Virus record (IMG/VR): IMGVR_UViG_3300038856_000064
Location: 96,001-160,000 of that record
Direction: 5' to 3' (one strand)
Length of the DNA: 64,000 nt
Source of the DNA: a virus
Within the stretch, counting starts at the first letter, position 1. Every line of letters begins with the position of its first letter. The notes beneath the pieces were generated by a model that did no database searches, had not been told where the DNA came from, and was given only the letters and a program-made list of their open reading frames with translations. The position numbers were made by a program, and so were the translations under genes. This document shows, in pieces, positions 40,775 to 49,155 of this stretch.

Positions 40775-41021
40775 CTAGAAAGTTAATGAGGTTTTTGTTC
40801 CATGTAGTGCGCGGCTCGGGATTTGTAACCCATGGAGTGGGTGTAATAGGTATAGGCGGAGCATAGTCAATATTCCAGCCCCATATGATCCCCGCGCCAA
40901 AACAGCCATGGCATCTTACTCTAAAAGGCTTCTGAGATACAACTACAGAGCCAACTTGTGCGAGCTTCTTACCTAACTCGCCACGACCCTCGCATATCGG
41001 GCATTTGTGTGGTGTATTCAT
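40761..41021 (-). CDS. DnaJ-type zinc-finger protein
   Basis: CPICEGRG and CHGCFGAG. Confidence 0.65.
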   Translation of the reverse strand: MNTPHKCPICEGRGELGKKLAQVGSVVVSQKPFRVRCHGCFGAGIIWGWNIDYAPPIPITPTPWVTNPEPRTTWNKNLINFLDVSD

Positions 41022-41365
41022 GATCGTTCCGTCTTAGTTCTTACTACTTCTTCACTAACAAGCTCTCCATCAAAGAACACCCTCTTGTGAAAGAAGGATG
41101 GACCTTCACGCGAATCCCATGCTCGCGATAGGTAATTATAACCAGACTCTGCGTCTGTATGACAACCAGTCATCTCCTCCAACACCTTGCGCGCTTCTTT
41201 ATATGATTTTCGTTTTGGGTATTTCTTATTGGGGTCCTTATGTATCTTGATTGGCTTAGATCTTTTTTCAAGTAGGAGGTCAACTAGAATAGCGTTCCTC
41301 CTATCTATCTCCTTGCGATTCCAACGAAGCCTAAACCAATTAATTAGATTCTTGAACATCATCAT
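41018..41365 (-). CDS. Hypothetical protein
   Basis: 115-aa ORF in operon. Confidence 0.55.
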   Translation of the reverse strand: MMMFKNLINWFRLRWNRKEIDRRNAILVDLLLEKRSKPIKIHKDPNKKYPKRKSYKEARKVLEEMTGCHTDAESGYNYLSRAWDSREGPSFFHKRVFFDGELVSEEVVRTKTERS

Positions 41366-42230
41366 CTCCTGTTTGTTCTAATTGTGGAGGCTTCGCGTTC
41401 AGCGGAGCCTCTAGGTATTCATCAAATGCCCCCACGAGCCAAGGGTGGCGCTGCCCATCTGGACCTACCTCTCCGGCAGCCATCCGGCGAAGTTCTTCGT
41501 CGGTGGCCCTATTAATTCGCTTAACGTCATCCACGATAGACTCGCGTCGTGCTTTTTCAGTTAACTGAAGTTGCAAGTCTAGGAATGTATTACGAGTATC
41601 TTTAATTTTGTCTAGGCGCTGCTTACGAGTTAGCTTGAGGTCATTTAGGAGTTCCATATATTCTTTGTGCCACTGCTCCACTTCTTTTTTGTAACTCTCG
41701 CGACCCCCCGCAAAGCGCTTCTTGGCTTTATCCGTATCCGAATCAGTAAGATGCCCCTCCATCTCCATCATCAGATAATTTTCAGCAGTACTCAAAAGAG
41801 CCTGCGCCCTTAAGTACTTAACGTTGCTATAAGAGCAACGAATAAGCATCTCATTTTCGGCCTTTGTAAGGGACTCTTCGTCGGCGTCACCCCGCAAATC
41901 TTTGTATGTGTTTATGAAGAGTCTCTTCTGGTCATCATCCATCATATGCATCAACTCATGCGCAGTAAGAGACCCTGACATTTCTGACGGAAGCTGAATC
42001 GTAGATGAGGGGCGTCCAGGAATAGATAATGGCGTAGAAGTTGCTTGAGGGCTGGTCGGCTGAATAGCTTGCCCTGACCTCTCCTCTCTAACAATCTCAC
42101 CAATGCTACGATACGCAGACTTTACGCCGGGGCGTAACCTCTCTGCAATTTCTTTATATGTAAACCCCTCTTTAGAAAGCCGAACAGCCTCTTTCTTTTC
42201 GTCCGGTGACCATCTGCGTCTTGCATTCAT
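41340..42230 (-). CDS. HTH protein, candidate terminase small subunit
   Basis: N-terminal HTH (WSPDEKKEAVRLSKEGFTYKEIAERL), helical body, LKLTRKQR; upstream of terL. Confidence 0.5.
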   Translation of the reverse strand: MNARRRWSPDEKKEAVRLSKEGFTYKEIAERLRPGVKSAYRSIGEIVREERSGQAIQPTSPQATSTPLSIPGRPSSTIQLPSEMSGSLTAHELMHMMDDDQKRLFINTYKDLRGDADEESLTKAENEMLIRCSYSNVKYLRAQALLSTAENYLMMEMEGHLTDSDTDKAKKRFAGGRESYKKEVEQWHKEYMELLNDLKLTRKQRLDKIKDTRNTFLDLQLQLTEKARRESIVDDVKRINRATDEELRRMAAGEVGPDGQRHPWLVGAFDEYLEAPLNAKPPQLEQTGDDDVQESN

Positions 42231-42232
42231 TA

Positions 42233-43048
42233 TTATATAACCGGATTACGATTACGGTCAGTCTCTACACGCTGGATAGTTCCATCGCAAAACTCAAAAT
42301 TTGTTACAATAACATCGTTCATTATATCATTTGACTGAGTCACCCCTACTACGTCTGGGAAGGATTGCATCCAGATATCCTGAAGTGATGCGAAACTTAG
42401 ACCCACAGTAGGGAAGATACTCTCTATATCTTCGGGGTCACTAGTACGCTGGGGCTCTTCTCCAACACATACCCTTTGTGATTTGCCACCAATACGATAA
42501 ACATCCTCATAAATTTTTTCTGGAGGAAACATATCTTTTATAGCTTGCTTGAATTGCTCCGCAGACAACAACGCCTCCTTGCAAGCGTTTGAAAATGTAA
42601 TTACACCATCACGAAATCGATTGGCAATATCAAAAACATCTAGAGAGTTATCAGGTTGGGGTAGCCTTGGGTGTCGCACGAATCTCTCGTCACAACTCCT
42701 ACAAATGTATTTAAACTCTCCGAATGTATCTCTCGCCACAAATTCACGATGCGCGCATCCTGCCGGAGATTCAGGCTCGGGCTTGATCCTTTGTTTTATA
42801 TCGTCGATATCACCAACTTGGAATATTCCGTTATAATCTATAAAAATTGGCACTCCACAAATACTACCGATATTATATAGTTCACCAACACCAAGTTTTG
42901 CAAGTTCTGCCACGACGTGGCCACGCATTATAACTCTATTAATCGCATCAAAAATATCTTGGTTAGTGATAGAAACGCCACCATAGAGATGTTCTGTCTG
43001 CGGTGGATTAGCTTTCCAAATAGCCGTCCATATTTGTTTATCACTCAT
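42233..43048 (-). CDS. Hypothetical protein
   Basis: Long ORF, ATG overlapping sigma gene stop. Confidence 0.6.
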   Translation of the reverse strand: MSDKQIWTAIWKANPPQTEHLYGGVSITNQDIFDAINRVIMRGHVVAELAKLGVGELYNIGSICGVPIFIDYNGIFQVGDIDDIKQRIKPEPESPAGCAHREFVARDTFGEFKYICRSCDERFVRHPRLPQPDNSLDVFDIANRFRDGVITFSNACKEALLSAEQFKQAIKDMFPPEKIYEDVYRIGGKSQRVCVGEEPQRTSDPEDIESIFPTVGLSFASLQDIWMQSFPDVVGVTQSNDIMNDVIVTNFEFCDGTIQRVETDRNRNPVI

Positions 43049-43769
43049 CGCCCTGCTCCTCAATTATCATCCTAACCTGTTTTTGTATAATCCTTCTATA
43101 GTGCACGGGGACACTATCTATTTTGCCGCCAACCATTTGATCATAATATGGCACTAAAGATTCATCTAGAGAAGATCGGAGGGTGTCGTCCAAGTCGCAT
43201 ACGCCAGTAGTGGACCCGATGCTAAGAGATTCATGAGACGTAAAATCAGAATTCTCCTGATCATCTAGAAAAGAATTATAGCTTAATGGTGCCGCTATTG
43301 CTCTCTTGCGAGCCATCCTGTCTCTGTAAGATACGATGCGATCACAACCAACCTCGTCGATCGCACAACCCTTTGTATCTTTTATGTAATGCTCACAGCG
43401 TAAGCATGGCGGGTTATTATCCAAGTAAACGCCGCGAAATTTATTGTAGAGCCCATTATCTACAACGCGCGCGACAAAGTGGAAGACCGACTTACCAAGT
43501 TTATCAGGATCGAACTTGTGTTCCAGAGCCTCCCAACACATAACACGGATATCCTGTGCGAGGTCTTCTGGGTCAACACCTGGAAAATTATACTTAGTTT
43601 TCTTTATGCTGACTATTGTCTCAACTAGGTCCTGCGCATCATTATAGGCAAGGCCACTAGCTAATGGCTCAGTCTTCGGCTGAGCCACTGTAATCTTCTT
43701 CGCTTGTATATTTATGTCCCTTAGTGGAGTTTTCACGAAGAGCCTCTGCTTCATCCTTGACGTCTGCAT
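43041..43769 (-). CDS. Phage sigma70-family factor (candidate late sigma) with Cys-rich insertion
   Basis: Region-2-like DPEDLAQDIRVMCWEALEHKFDPDK...FVARVVDNGLYNKFR; CLRC...C...C; start uncertain. Confidence 0.7.
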   Translation of the reverse strand: MQTSRMKQRLFVKTPLRDINIQAKKITVAQPKTEPLASGLAYNDAQDLVETIVSIKKTKYNFPGVDPEDLAQDIRVMCWEALEHKFDPDKLGKSVFHFVARVVDNGLYNKFRGVYLDNNPPCLRCEHYIKDTKGCAIDEVGCDRIVSYRDRMARKRAIAAPLSYNSFLDDQENSDFTSHESLSIGSTTGVCDLDDTLRSSLDESLVPYYDQMVGGKIDSVPVHYRRIIQKQVRMIIEEQGDE

Positions 43770-43935
43770 GCGCCTTCGGCTCTATCTCACGAGGCGGCAA
43801 TGCTGGATTAGGCTGTGCGAAACTGCGATCAGCCGCCTTGCCAGTATCGGCATTAATGTTGCGGGCTGGTGTCGTACCTCTAGAGACTGTTACGTTGTTC
43901 TTTGGCTTCTCGCCATCTTTAAATTGTGTTCCCAT
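43669..43935 (-). CDS. Hypothetical protein
   Basis: 88 aa, TAATG coupling to upstream gene; overlaps sigma ORF. Confidence 0.5.
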   Translation of the reverse strand: MGTQFKDGEKPKNNVTVSRGTTPARNINADTGKAADRSFAQPNPALPPREIEPKAHADVKDEAEALRENSTKGHKYTSEEDYSGSAED

Positions 43936-44330
43936 TATAGAATCCTTCTGCTTGCATCCCTAAGAGTTTTCCAATATTTTTCATTATGTTCCGTCAATGC
44001 CTTTCTGGCATCCTTACTGTTAGGTATACAGAATTCTTGCGTTGACTCCTGTAAAATTTGATCGGCCTCTTCTTGAGTCATAATCTCTCCACTTTTGATC
44101 TTAACATGAAGAGGTTGGCGAGGATCATCATGCCTCATCTCGTGTCTACTCTTAGGAAGTAGGCTATCTACTAAACTTGGAAACCCCTCAGCGAGGGCTT
44201 CATATTCTTTATTCCGCTCATATCTTGCAAGGGTACCTTTTAATTCACGTCTAACCAGGGGGTTGGATGAAATCTTCCAAGCCGCAACTAGACGAGAAAA
44301 GAACATATATATATTTTTAAGTAGTTTCAT
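43935..44330 (-). CDS. Hypothetical protein
   Basis: ATG 44330 with GGAG RBS. Confidence 0.6.
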   Translation of the reverse strand: MKLLKNIYMFFSRLVAAWKISSNPLVRRELKGTLARYERNKEYEALAEGFPSLVDSLLPKSRHEMRHDDPRQPLHVKIKSGEIMTQEEADQILQESTQEFCIPNSKDARKALTEHNEKYWKTLRDASRRIL

Positions 44331-44331
44331 C

Positions 44332-44607
44332 TCAACTCCCAGAGTATTGGGTGGCGGATTCGCCAAACCATTTGCTTACCTGCTCGCGGATTTCATTTAA
44401 ATCGCCACACAAAATGACTCCTTCCGCCTCCTCCACAGTCTTAGCAGGATCTCCGCTCTCTACTGTCTCAGGTTTCAAAAATACTAACTTCAAAAAGACT
44501 ACGCCCTCTCCCGCGAGAGGCACGAACGCCTGTCCCTTCATATCAGCCAGGGCTTCTTTTGTACCCTTCAATACTGTTATATTCATAGTTTTACTGTTCC
44601 ATTCCAT
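44332..44607 (-). CDS. Hypothetical protein, first gene of the leftward arm
   Basis: 91-aa ORF. Confidence 0.6.
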   Translation of the reverse strand: MEWNSKTMNITVLKGTKEALADMKGQAFVPLAGEGVVFLKLVFLKPETVESGDPAKTVEEAEGVILCGDLNEIREQVSKWFGESATQYSGS

Positions 44608-44610
44608 TTC

Positions 44611-44618
44611 TACACTAA
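44611..44618 (-). promoter_or_regulatory. Putative late promoter motif TTAGTGTA
   Basis: Octamer at head of leftward arm. Confidence 0.55.
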
Positions 44619-44842
44619 GTCCATATCTATATATTATGGGGAAAATGGCGAATAGTCCAAGTATTTTTTTATGTTCTTATAAAATGCCGCGTAGTTTAGG
44701 TGTTTCGTTTTGTGGGTAGGGAGCGAATGAACTGCTGAAGGATGCCACCGCGGTCTCAGAATGAGACGGGGGCTCGAGAAAGTTGAAAAAACCCCACCCC
44801 TTTGGCACGTCCTTCGCTCTGCCGCTTTTTTCGACCGCAGAC

Positions 44843-44870
44843 TAAAGCTTAGGCTATGCTTGTCCGATAA
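44843..44870 (+). promoter_or_regulatory. Sigma28 (FliA/SigD)-like promoter
   Basis: TAAA-N16-TCCGATAA; ATG 7 nt downstream. Confidence 0.7.
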
Positions 44871-44877
44871 GGTGGTT

Positions 44878-44970
44878 ATGGAACGCACCGCAAACAGTCG
44901 CCTGCTCTTCGCCTTCTGCCTCGGAACCGCTTTCGGTTTCGCGGTGTCGATGTTCGTTGTCTTCGCATAG
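44878..44970 (+). CDS. 30-aa membrane peptide, leaderless
   Basis: MERTANSRLLFAFCLGTAFGFAVSMFVVFA. Confidence 0.55.
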   Translation: MERTANSRLLFAFCLGTAFGFAVSMFVVFA

Positions 44971-44982
44971 GAGCACCTAGAA

Positions 44983-45324
44983 ATGTCGCGCTTCGCAAAT
45001 CGCAAGATCGTCCGCCACGAAAACGTCCTAGTCCAACGGGACGGATTCCGCATCATCGCAGCGGGAATCGGGTTCCGCGTAATGAACCGGGGAACCATGG
45101 TCGCCGAGACCGATTCGATTCTCGACGCCGAAATGATCCTCGACGCCGCGCTGGCGCGCAGGAACTCGCGGTTCGTCGCCGCAATCGCGGCGCAACTTGC
45201 GCGCGAAGAGACGTCATACGATGACATCGAACGTCAATCGGAATTGCAGCGAGAGGAATGCGCCGCAATGCGCGCGAACGGACGCAGCGCGATCGGGTTC
45301 GATGAGAACGGTGGGGCGATCTAA
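44983..45324 (+). CDS. Hypothetical early protein
   Basis: AGGAG RBS, 113 aa. Confidence 0.7.
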   Translation: MSRFANRKIVRHENVLVQRDGFRIIAAGIGFRVMNRGTMVAETDSILDAEMILDAALARRNSRFVAAIAAQLAREETSYDDIERQSELQREECAAMRANGRSAIGFDENGGAI

Positions 45325-45437
45325 TGGGCAACAAGATCATGGAAGACTTCGGAGTATGGTTCGCCAAATGCGCAATCATCGGCTCGATTCCGGGCTTGAT
45401 TGTCTGGACGATCTTCTGGTACTACGGGAACAACTAG
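45324..45437 (+). CDS. 37-aa membrane peptide
   Basis: TAATG coupling; hydrophobic core. Confidence 0.55.
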   Translation: MGNKIMEDFGVWFAKCAIIGSIPGLIVWTIFWYYGNN

Positions 45438-45438
45438 A

Positions 45439-45636
45439 ATGATCCTGATTCCCAAAAAGAGACTGGTGTCGCAAGCTCCGCTCCGATTCGTCGGCACGAC
45501 AACGGAACCGGCGACGGGAGATACCTTCCCGGTGTTCGTAACTCGCGACGGACACTACGTGACACCGGATTCGGGCGAGTTTCTCAAAAACGACTACTGT
45601 CCATGCATGTTCGGCGGAAAGTGGGAAAAGGACTAA
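45439..45636 (+). CDS. Hypothetical early protein
   Basis: ATG right after upstream TAG. Confidence 0.6.
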   Translation: MILIPKKRLVSQAPLRFVGTTTEPATGDTFPVFVTRDGHYVTPDSGEFLKNDYCPCMFGGKWEKD

Positions 45637-45661
45637 AGTAATCCGGACACCTAGCCGATAA
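45634..45661 (+). promoter_or_regulatory. Sigma28-like promoter
   Basis: TAAA-N16-GCCGATAA; ATG 7 nt downstream. Confidence 0.8.
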
Positions 45662-45668
45662 GGGCAGT

Positions 45669-46112
45669 ATGGCAACGGCAACACAAATCAATCTGACCGA
45701 GGCGTTCGACGCGAAGCGCGATGCGTACGCAGTCAGACAAGGCGCGTTCGTCCTAACAGGCGATGTCGTCCTAATCGGCGATGCGCTCGAAACGTGGCAA
45801 TTCATCCGCGGTCTAGGCGGTCGGACGTTCCGCGTAGTCTACGTCTGTAAGGATGGCACGGTCCGAGACTTGATCGGACGACAAGGCGTTCACGACAGCG
45901 AACAAGACGGAGCGGTGCAGGGTATCGGTCACGCGATGACAGACCCGAACCGTCTCAATCTGAGCTTTTGGACCTACGCTCACGGGAAAAAGGTCAACAC
46001 CGGATCGGGCAAGGGATACCGCACCTTGCGCGCGGCTGGCATTCTCGCGATTCGATGCGAAGGTCACGACATTCTGACCCAAGCGGGATACGATGCAATC
46101 CGAGGCAACTAG
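45669..46112 (+). CDS. WYL-like/SH3 beta-barrel phage protein
   Basis: TFRVVYVCKDGTVRDL...SFW...GYRTL. Confidence 0.55.
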   Translation: MATATQINLTEAFDAKRDAYAVRQGAFVLTGDVVLIGDALETWQFIRGLGGRTFRVVYVCKDGTVRDLIGRQGVHDSEQDGAVQGIGHAMTDPNRLNLSFWTYAHGKKVNTGSGKGYRTLRAAGILAIRCEGHDILTQAGYDAIRGN

Positions 46113-46113
46113 A

Positions 46114-46329
46114 ATGCGACTGACAAGCTACGGTACAATCAAGGTCCGAGAGTACGACGTCCGCCACACTAACGGTGGACAGTGGTACGTCTCTCGGGAG
46201 GGACGCGACGTAGGCTATGCCGATACGCTAGCCGACGTCGATGCGTTGATAGCTCACGACGTGGAACACCCGAGGAACACCGTTAGTACGGTGCGGCAAA
46301 CCACGGGCGGATGGCGACAAATCGACTAA
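46114..46329 (+). CDS. Hypothetical early protein
   Basis: ATG after upstream TAG. Confidence 0.6.
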   Translation: MRLTSYGTIKVREYDVRHTNGGQWYVSREGRDVGYADTLADVDALIAHDVEHPRNTVSTVRQTTGGWRQID

Positions 46330-46334
46330 AAAGC

Positions 46335-46362
46335 TCAGGCTTCCGGAGCACCTAGCCGATAA
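46335..46362 (+). promoter_or_regulatory. Sigma28-like promoter
   Basis: TCAG-N16-GCCGATAA; shares CACCTAGCCGATAAGG with the 45634 site. Confidence 0.65.
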
Positions 46363-46385
46363 GGCTAGTAACAGGAGGGAACGCA

Positions 46386-46715
46386 ATGGACAAGGGATAC
46401 GTCTTCAAGCTCGCGCCGGGAATCTTCGGAATCCTCACGTACCGCCCGACGACGGAAACGCTCTGCCGGATCATCGACACCGAAAACGTCTACGTGGCGT
46501 GCGCTATGCTCGCGCAAGAGTTCTCGGGAACGTTCGTGCCGGCGGACTCGGACCAAGTCGCATGGGCGAAGGTCGGCGCCACGTCCTACAGAGTTCTGCG
46601 CGACGCTGCCCGATGCTACAACGGTGGATGGTTACACCGATGGTCTGCCGATACAAGCTGGCAGTGTCCCGATTGCGGAAACTACCAGGACGGATTCCAA
46701 CCGGATCGGAGGTAA
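46386..46715 (+). CDS. Hypothetical early protein with Zn ribbon
   Basis: AGGAGG RBS; CPDCG. Confidence 0.65.
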   Translation: MDKGYVFKLAPGIFGILTYRPTTETLCRIIDTENVYVACAMLAQEFSGTFVPADSDQVAWAKVGATSYRVLRDAARCYNGGWLHRWSADTSWQCPDCGNYQDGFQPDRR

Positions 46716-46719
46716 TCTA

Positions 46720-46821
46720 ATGGGTCTGTACATGATTACCGTTAGCGTCGGCTGGATTCTCGGATGTTTCGGCGCTATTTGGTTTCTGTCGCGAGCGTTC
46801 GCGGTCGGCGATGACGACTGA
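46720..46821 (+). CDS. 33-aa membrane peptide
   Basis: GGAGGT RBS; single TM. Confidence 0.6.
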   Translation: MGLYMITVSVGWILGCFGAIWFLSRAFAVGDDD

Positions 46822-46852
46822 CACCTAGAGCAAATCCCGAGCCAAACCCCTA

Positions 46853-46890
46853 GGGGCGGCACAATCCTCCGGTGTCGCCCCTTTTCTTTT
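46853..46890 (+). terminator. Rho-independent terminator
   Basis: GGGGCGGCAC/GTGTCGCCCC + TTTTCTTTT. Confidence 0.85.
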
Positions 46891-47028
46891 CAGGATCGGA
46901 AAGAATCTTCGATTCTCCCCGATCCTTTTGTACGCTCGCAGATTGGCACAGCCAATCCGCTCGCGCATGCCGCCACATATAGCAAAAGACTTTGACTTCT
47001 CATATCGGGATTACCTATAGCCTTTCGT

Positions 47029-47056
47029 TTGACATCTAGAAAGTTTATGGTATACT
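47029..47056 (+). promoter_or_regulatory. Sigma70-like early promoter, leaderless
   Basis: TTGACA-N16-TATACT with TG extension; ATG at 47062. Confidence 0.8.
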
Positions 47057-47061
47057 GTCAT

Positions 47062-47424
47062 ATGGACATCATCGAATTCCACGGCATCGGAATCGAATTC
47101 ACCTACTACGGAGCCGAACGCTACGGAGCCGAACGCGGGCGCCCCACGTACGCGACCCTCGACGACTACTACGTCTCAAATTGGGACGATTTCGCCGCAC
47201 ATTGGAGTGCAACCCGCTGGTTCGGGCCGACTCTCCAGGCGATGCTCGACACCATCGTTGACGAGTTCGCCGATAAGATCGAACAGGAGGCAATCGACTG
47301 CTCGCAGGAGCCCGAGCCCGAGTACGACCCGTACGAAGACAGCGACTACGACTACGACGATGGTCCGTCATGTACGGGTGGAGACTACTGGCGGAATGAC
47401 GCTGGTGAGTGGAGACTCGGATAA
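47062..47424 (+). CDS. Acidic hypothetical early protein
   Basis: Start moved to ATG just after the -10 box. Confidence 0.7.
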   Translation: MDIIEFHGIGIEFTYYGAERYGAERGRPTYATLDDYYVSNWDDFAAHWSATRWFGPTLQAMLDTIVDEFADKIEQEAIDCSQEPEPEYDPYEDSDYDYDDGPSCTGGDYWRNDAGEWRLG

Positions 47425-47546
47425 TCCGGACATCTAGAGATGCGCGCGGAACACCGCGCCCTCTCGGGCTTGCGGGCGACATATCGGGCGAATATTTGAC
47501 TTCTAAAATTGACTACTAGCAGGTTTTGTGATATCCTTTCACTGAA

Positions 47547-47798
47547 ATGAGCAGAACCAGACGCAAGATTCCCCCGGAATGGTCAGATGCTGAGTGGATC
47601 GATGGTTACGATCCCGCTCGCGACCACGACAGTTACGGGCGACATATCCCGAACTACTTGAAGCGATATATCGGGATCGGATCGGACAACTACGGGTGTG
47701 CCTGTTGCTTTCCGGGTCCGAAGTCTCGTAAAGAGAAGATTCGGTCCGCCAAACGCAAGGAAAAGCGGGAAGCAATGAAACAGATTCTCGACATCTAG
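47547..47798 (+). CDS. Hypothetical basic protein
   Basis: TTGACT-N17-TATCCT promoter at 47509-47537. Confidence 0.65.
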   Translation: MSRTRRKIPPEWSDAEWIDGYDPARDHDSYGRHIPNYLKRYIGIGSDNYGCACCFPGPKSRKEKIRSAKRKEKREAMKQILDI

Positions 47799-47821
47799 AA
47801 AAGATTGTGATATACTTCAGC

Positions 47822-48025
47822 ATGAACGCCACGAAACAGATCGACTGGAATGCGGTCGAAAAACGTGCCGCCGAAATGTCGACGCTTTCGCTCCGCTTCG
47901 CCCTAGTGGACATCCACGAAACTCTCCCCCATGCCGACGATCTCGATAGACTGGACGGTGGCAATCGCGGTGGATACTATCGCGATGAGGCTTCGATCTA
48001 CTGGCGTGAATTGAAAAAACGGTAA
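47822..48025 (+). CDS. Hypothetical early protein, leaderless
   Basis: TCGACA-N17-TATACT at 47788-47816. Confidence 0.65.
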   Translation: MNATKQIDWNAVEKRAAEMSTLSLRFALVDIHETLPHADDLDRLDGGNRGGYYRDEASIYWRELKKR

Positions 48026-48067
48026 GATTCCATTTGACATCTAGATGGTCTGAGGTATCATACTTCT

Positions 48068-48247
48068 ATGACGAACGATACACATAACGGCCTGACCTTC
48101 AAGCAATGGCTTGCGAAGGTCGACGAGATCCTGACTCGCGAAATCGGAATCTCGCATGCAGACATCGCCCGTCACCTAGCAAAAGCAGAGGTACAAGAGC
48201 GTTTCGGATACGAAGCCGATGCGATCGACGATTGCGACTTCGACTAG
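48068..48247 (+). CDS. 59-aa hypothetical protein, leaderless (below track cutoff)
   Basis: TTGACA-N16-TATCAT at 48034-48061; MTNDTHNGLTFKQWLAKVD... Confidence 0.7.
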   Translation: MTNDTHNGLTFKQWLAKVDEILTREIGISHADIARHLAKAEVQERFGYEADAIDDCDFD

Positions 48248-48275
48248 GAACATCGGGTAGATAATTCTGCCCACT

Positions 48276-48308
48276 AGCCTCGGGGAGAAGGGACCCCTGG
48301 GGCTTTTT
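48276..48308 (+). terminator. Terminator
   Basis: AGCCTCGGGG/CCCCTGGGGCT + T run. Confidence 0.7.
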
Positions 48309-48404
48309 GTGTACAGCGCGACAACTCGCGCTTGCCTCCGACATATCGCGAAAGTATTTGACTGCTAAATTTGACTTCTGGGGAAGTTTGTGATACACTT
48401 AGAT

Positions 48405-48776
48405 ATGGAAAAGCTCACAGCGCAAAACGTCGCGGACATCGCCTATCGCTACTATGCGAATGGTGGAAAATCTGGACACACTCCGGGAGACCGTTCGCCT
48501 GATGGGTGCACGTATTTCCGCTCCGATGGCGGTCGGTGTGCGATCGGTGCGGTACTGGATCACTTGGGGTATACTAAAAAGGATCTGGGCGATCACAATG
48601 AGCTGACTACGGTCTCGATGCTTTTCGACGAACTACCCGGTATCCGCGAAAAATTCAGTTGCGATGTCGAATTTCTGGAAAGTCTCCAGCGAGCGCACGA
48701 CGGATCAGAACGCGACGATGAAATTCCGGAACGAATCCGCTGGACTTGTCGCGATCACGGAGTATACTTGAGATAA
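48405..48776 (+). CDS. Hypothetical phage protein, leaderless
   Basis: TTGACT-N17-TACACT at 48371-48399; CTY...RCAIG...LQRAHD. Confidence 0.7.
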   Translation: MEKLTAQNVADIAYRYYANGGKSGHTPGDRSPDGCTYFRSDGGRCAIGAVLDHLGYTKKDLGDHNELTTVSMLFDELPGIREKFSCDVEFLESLQRAHDGSERDDEIPERIRWTCRDHGVYLR

Positions 48777-48824
48777 CTTCAAAGCACCTAGAGGCGGAAC
48801 TAGGCTAAATCCGCATTTCTTTTA

Positions 48825-48937
48825 GGGGTAGATAGGTTTTTGACATCTAGAATACGGTTTGGATACCAGCCGCGAAAAGCCCAACGCAAAAACGCGGTTT
48901 GTCTAGATGGACCCGAGTTCAATTCTCGGCTACTCCA
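48825..48937 (+). ncRNA. Mini-tmRNA 1 (tRNA-like domain only, 113 nt)
   Basis: Acceptor GGGGUAG/CUACUCC-A with G3.U70; stemless D-loop AUAGGUUUUUGA; helix CAUCUAGA/UCUAGAUG; GAC linker; T-arm CCGAG-UUCAAUU-CUCGG. Confidence 0.85.
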
Positions 48938-48944
48938 TAAATTC

Positions 48945-49047
48945 GTTAGAGCGCGACATATTGGAATAGTAAGGTTCGCACAAACTTACTAGGACAATGG
49001 TGCGGGGCGGTGTGCGCCGCAAGTAGGTTCGATTCCTACCTCTAACA
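48945..49047 (+). ncRNA. tRNA-like RNA with acceptor stem and T-arm but non-tRNA core
   Basis: GUUAGAG/CUCUAAC-A; T-arm GUAGG-UUCGAUU-CCUAC; internal hairpin UAGUAAG/CUUACUA. Confidence 0.75.
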
Positions 49048-49059
49048 TAAATTCGGGAA

Positions 49060-49155
49060 GTGTTGAAATAACGACTAGTGGTACCAACCGCTATGGTGTA
49101 AAGTCTTATAAGGGCTGAGCACACCCGAAACTTCTTACACGTTAGCTGTCAACAC
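49060..49155 (+). ncRNA. Structured RNA element of unknown class
   Basis: Closing stems GUGUUGA/UCAACAC and UAACG/CGUUA enclosing further hairpins. Confidence 0.5.

Noticed and set aside
12-44061. Plus-strand ORFs in the late region and minus-strand ORFs in the early region
   Set aside because: Antisense shadows of longer, well-punctuated genes; no RBS or promoter support
44803-44818. Sigma54-like site TGGCACG-N4-TCGCT
   Set aside because: Single imperfect copy with no further support
49096-49140. Second hammerhead (GUC...CUGAGCA...GAAAC)
   Set aside because: Core is CUGAGCA, not CUGAnGA, and stems I and II cannot form properly
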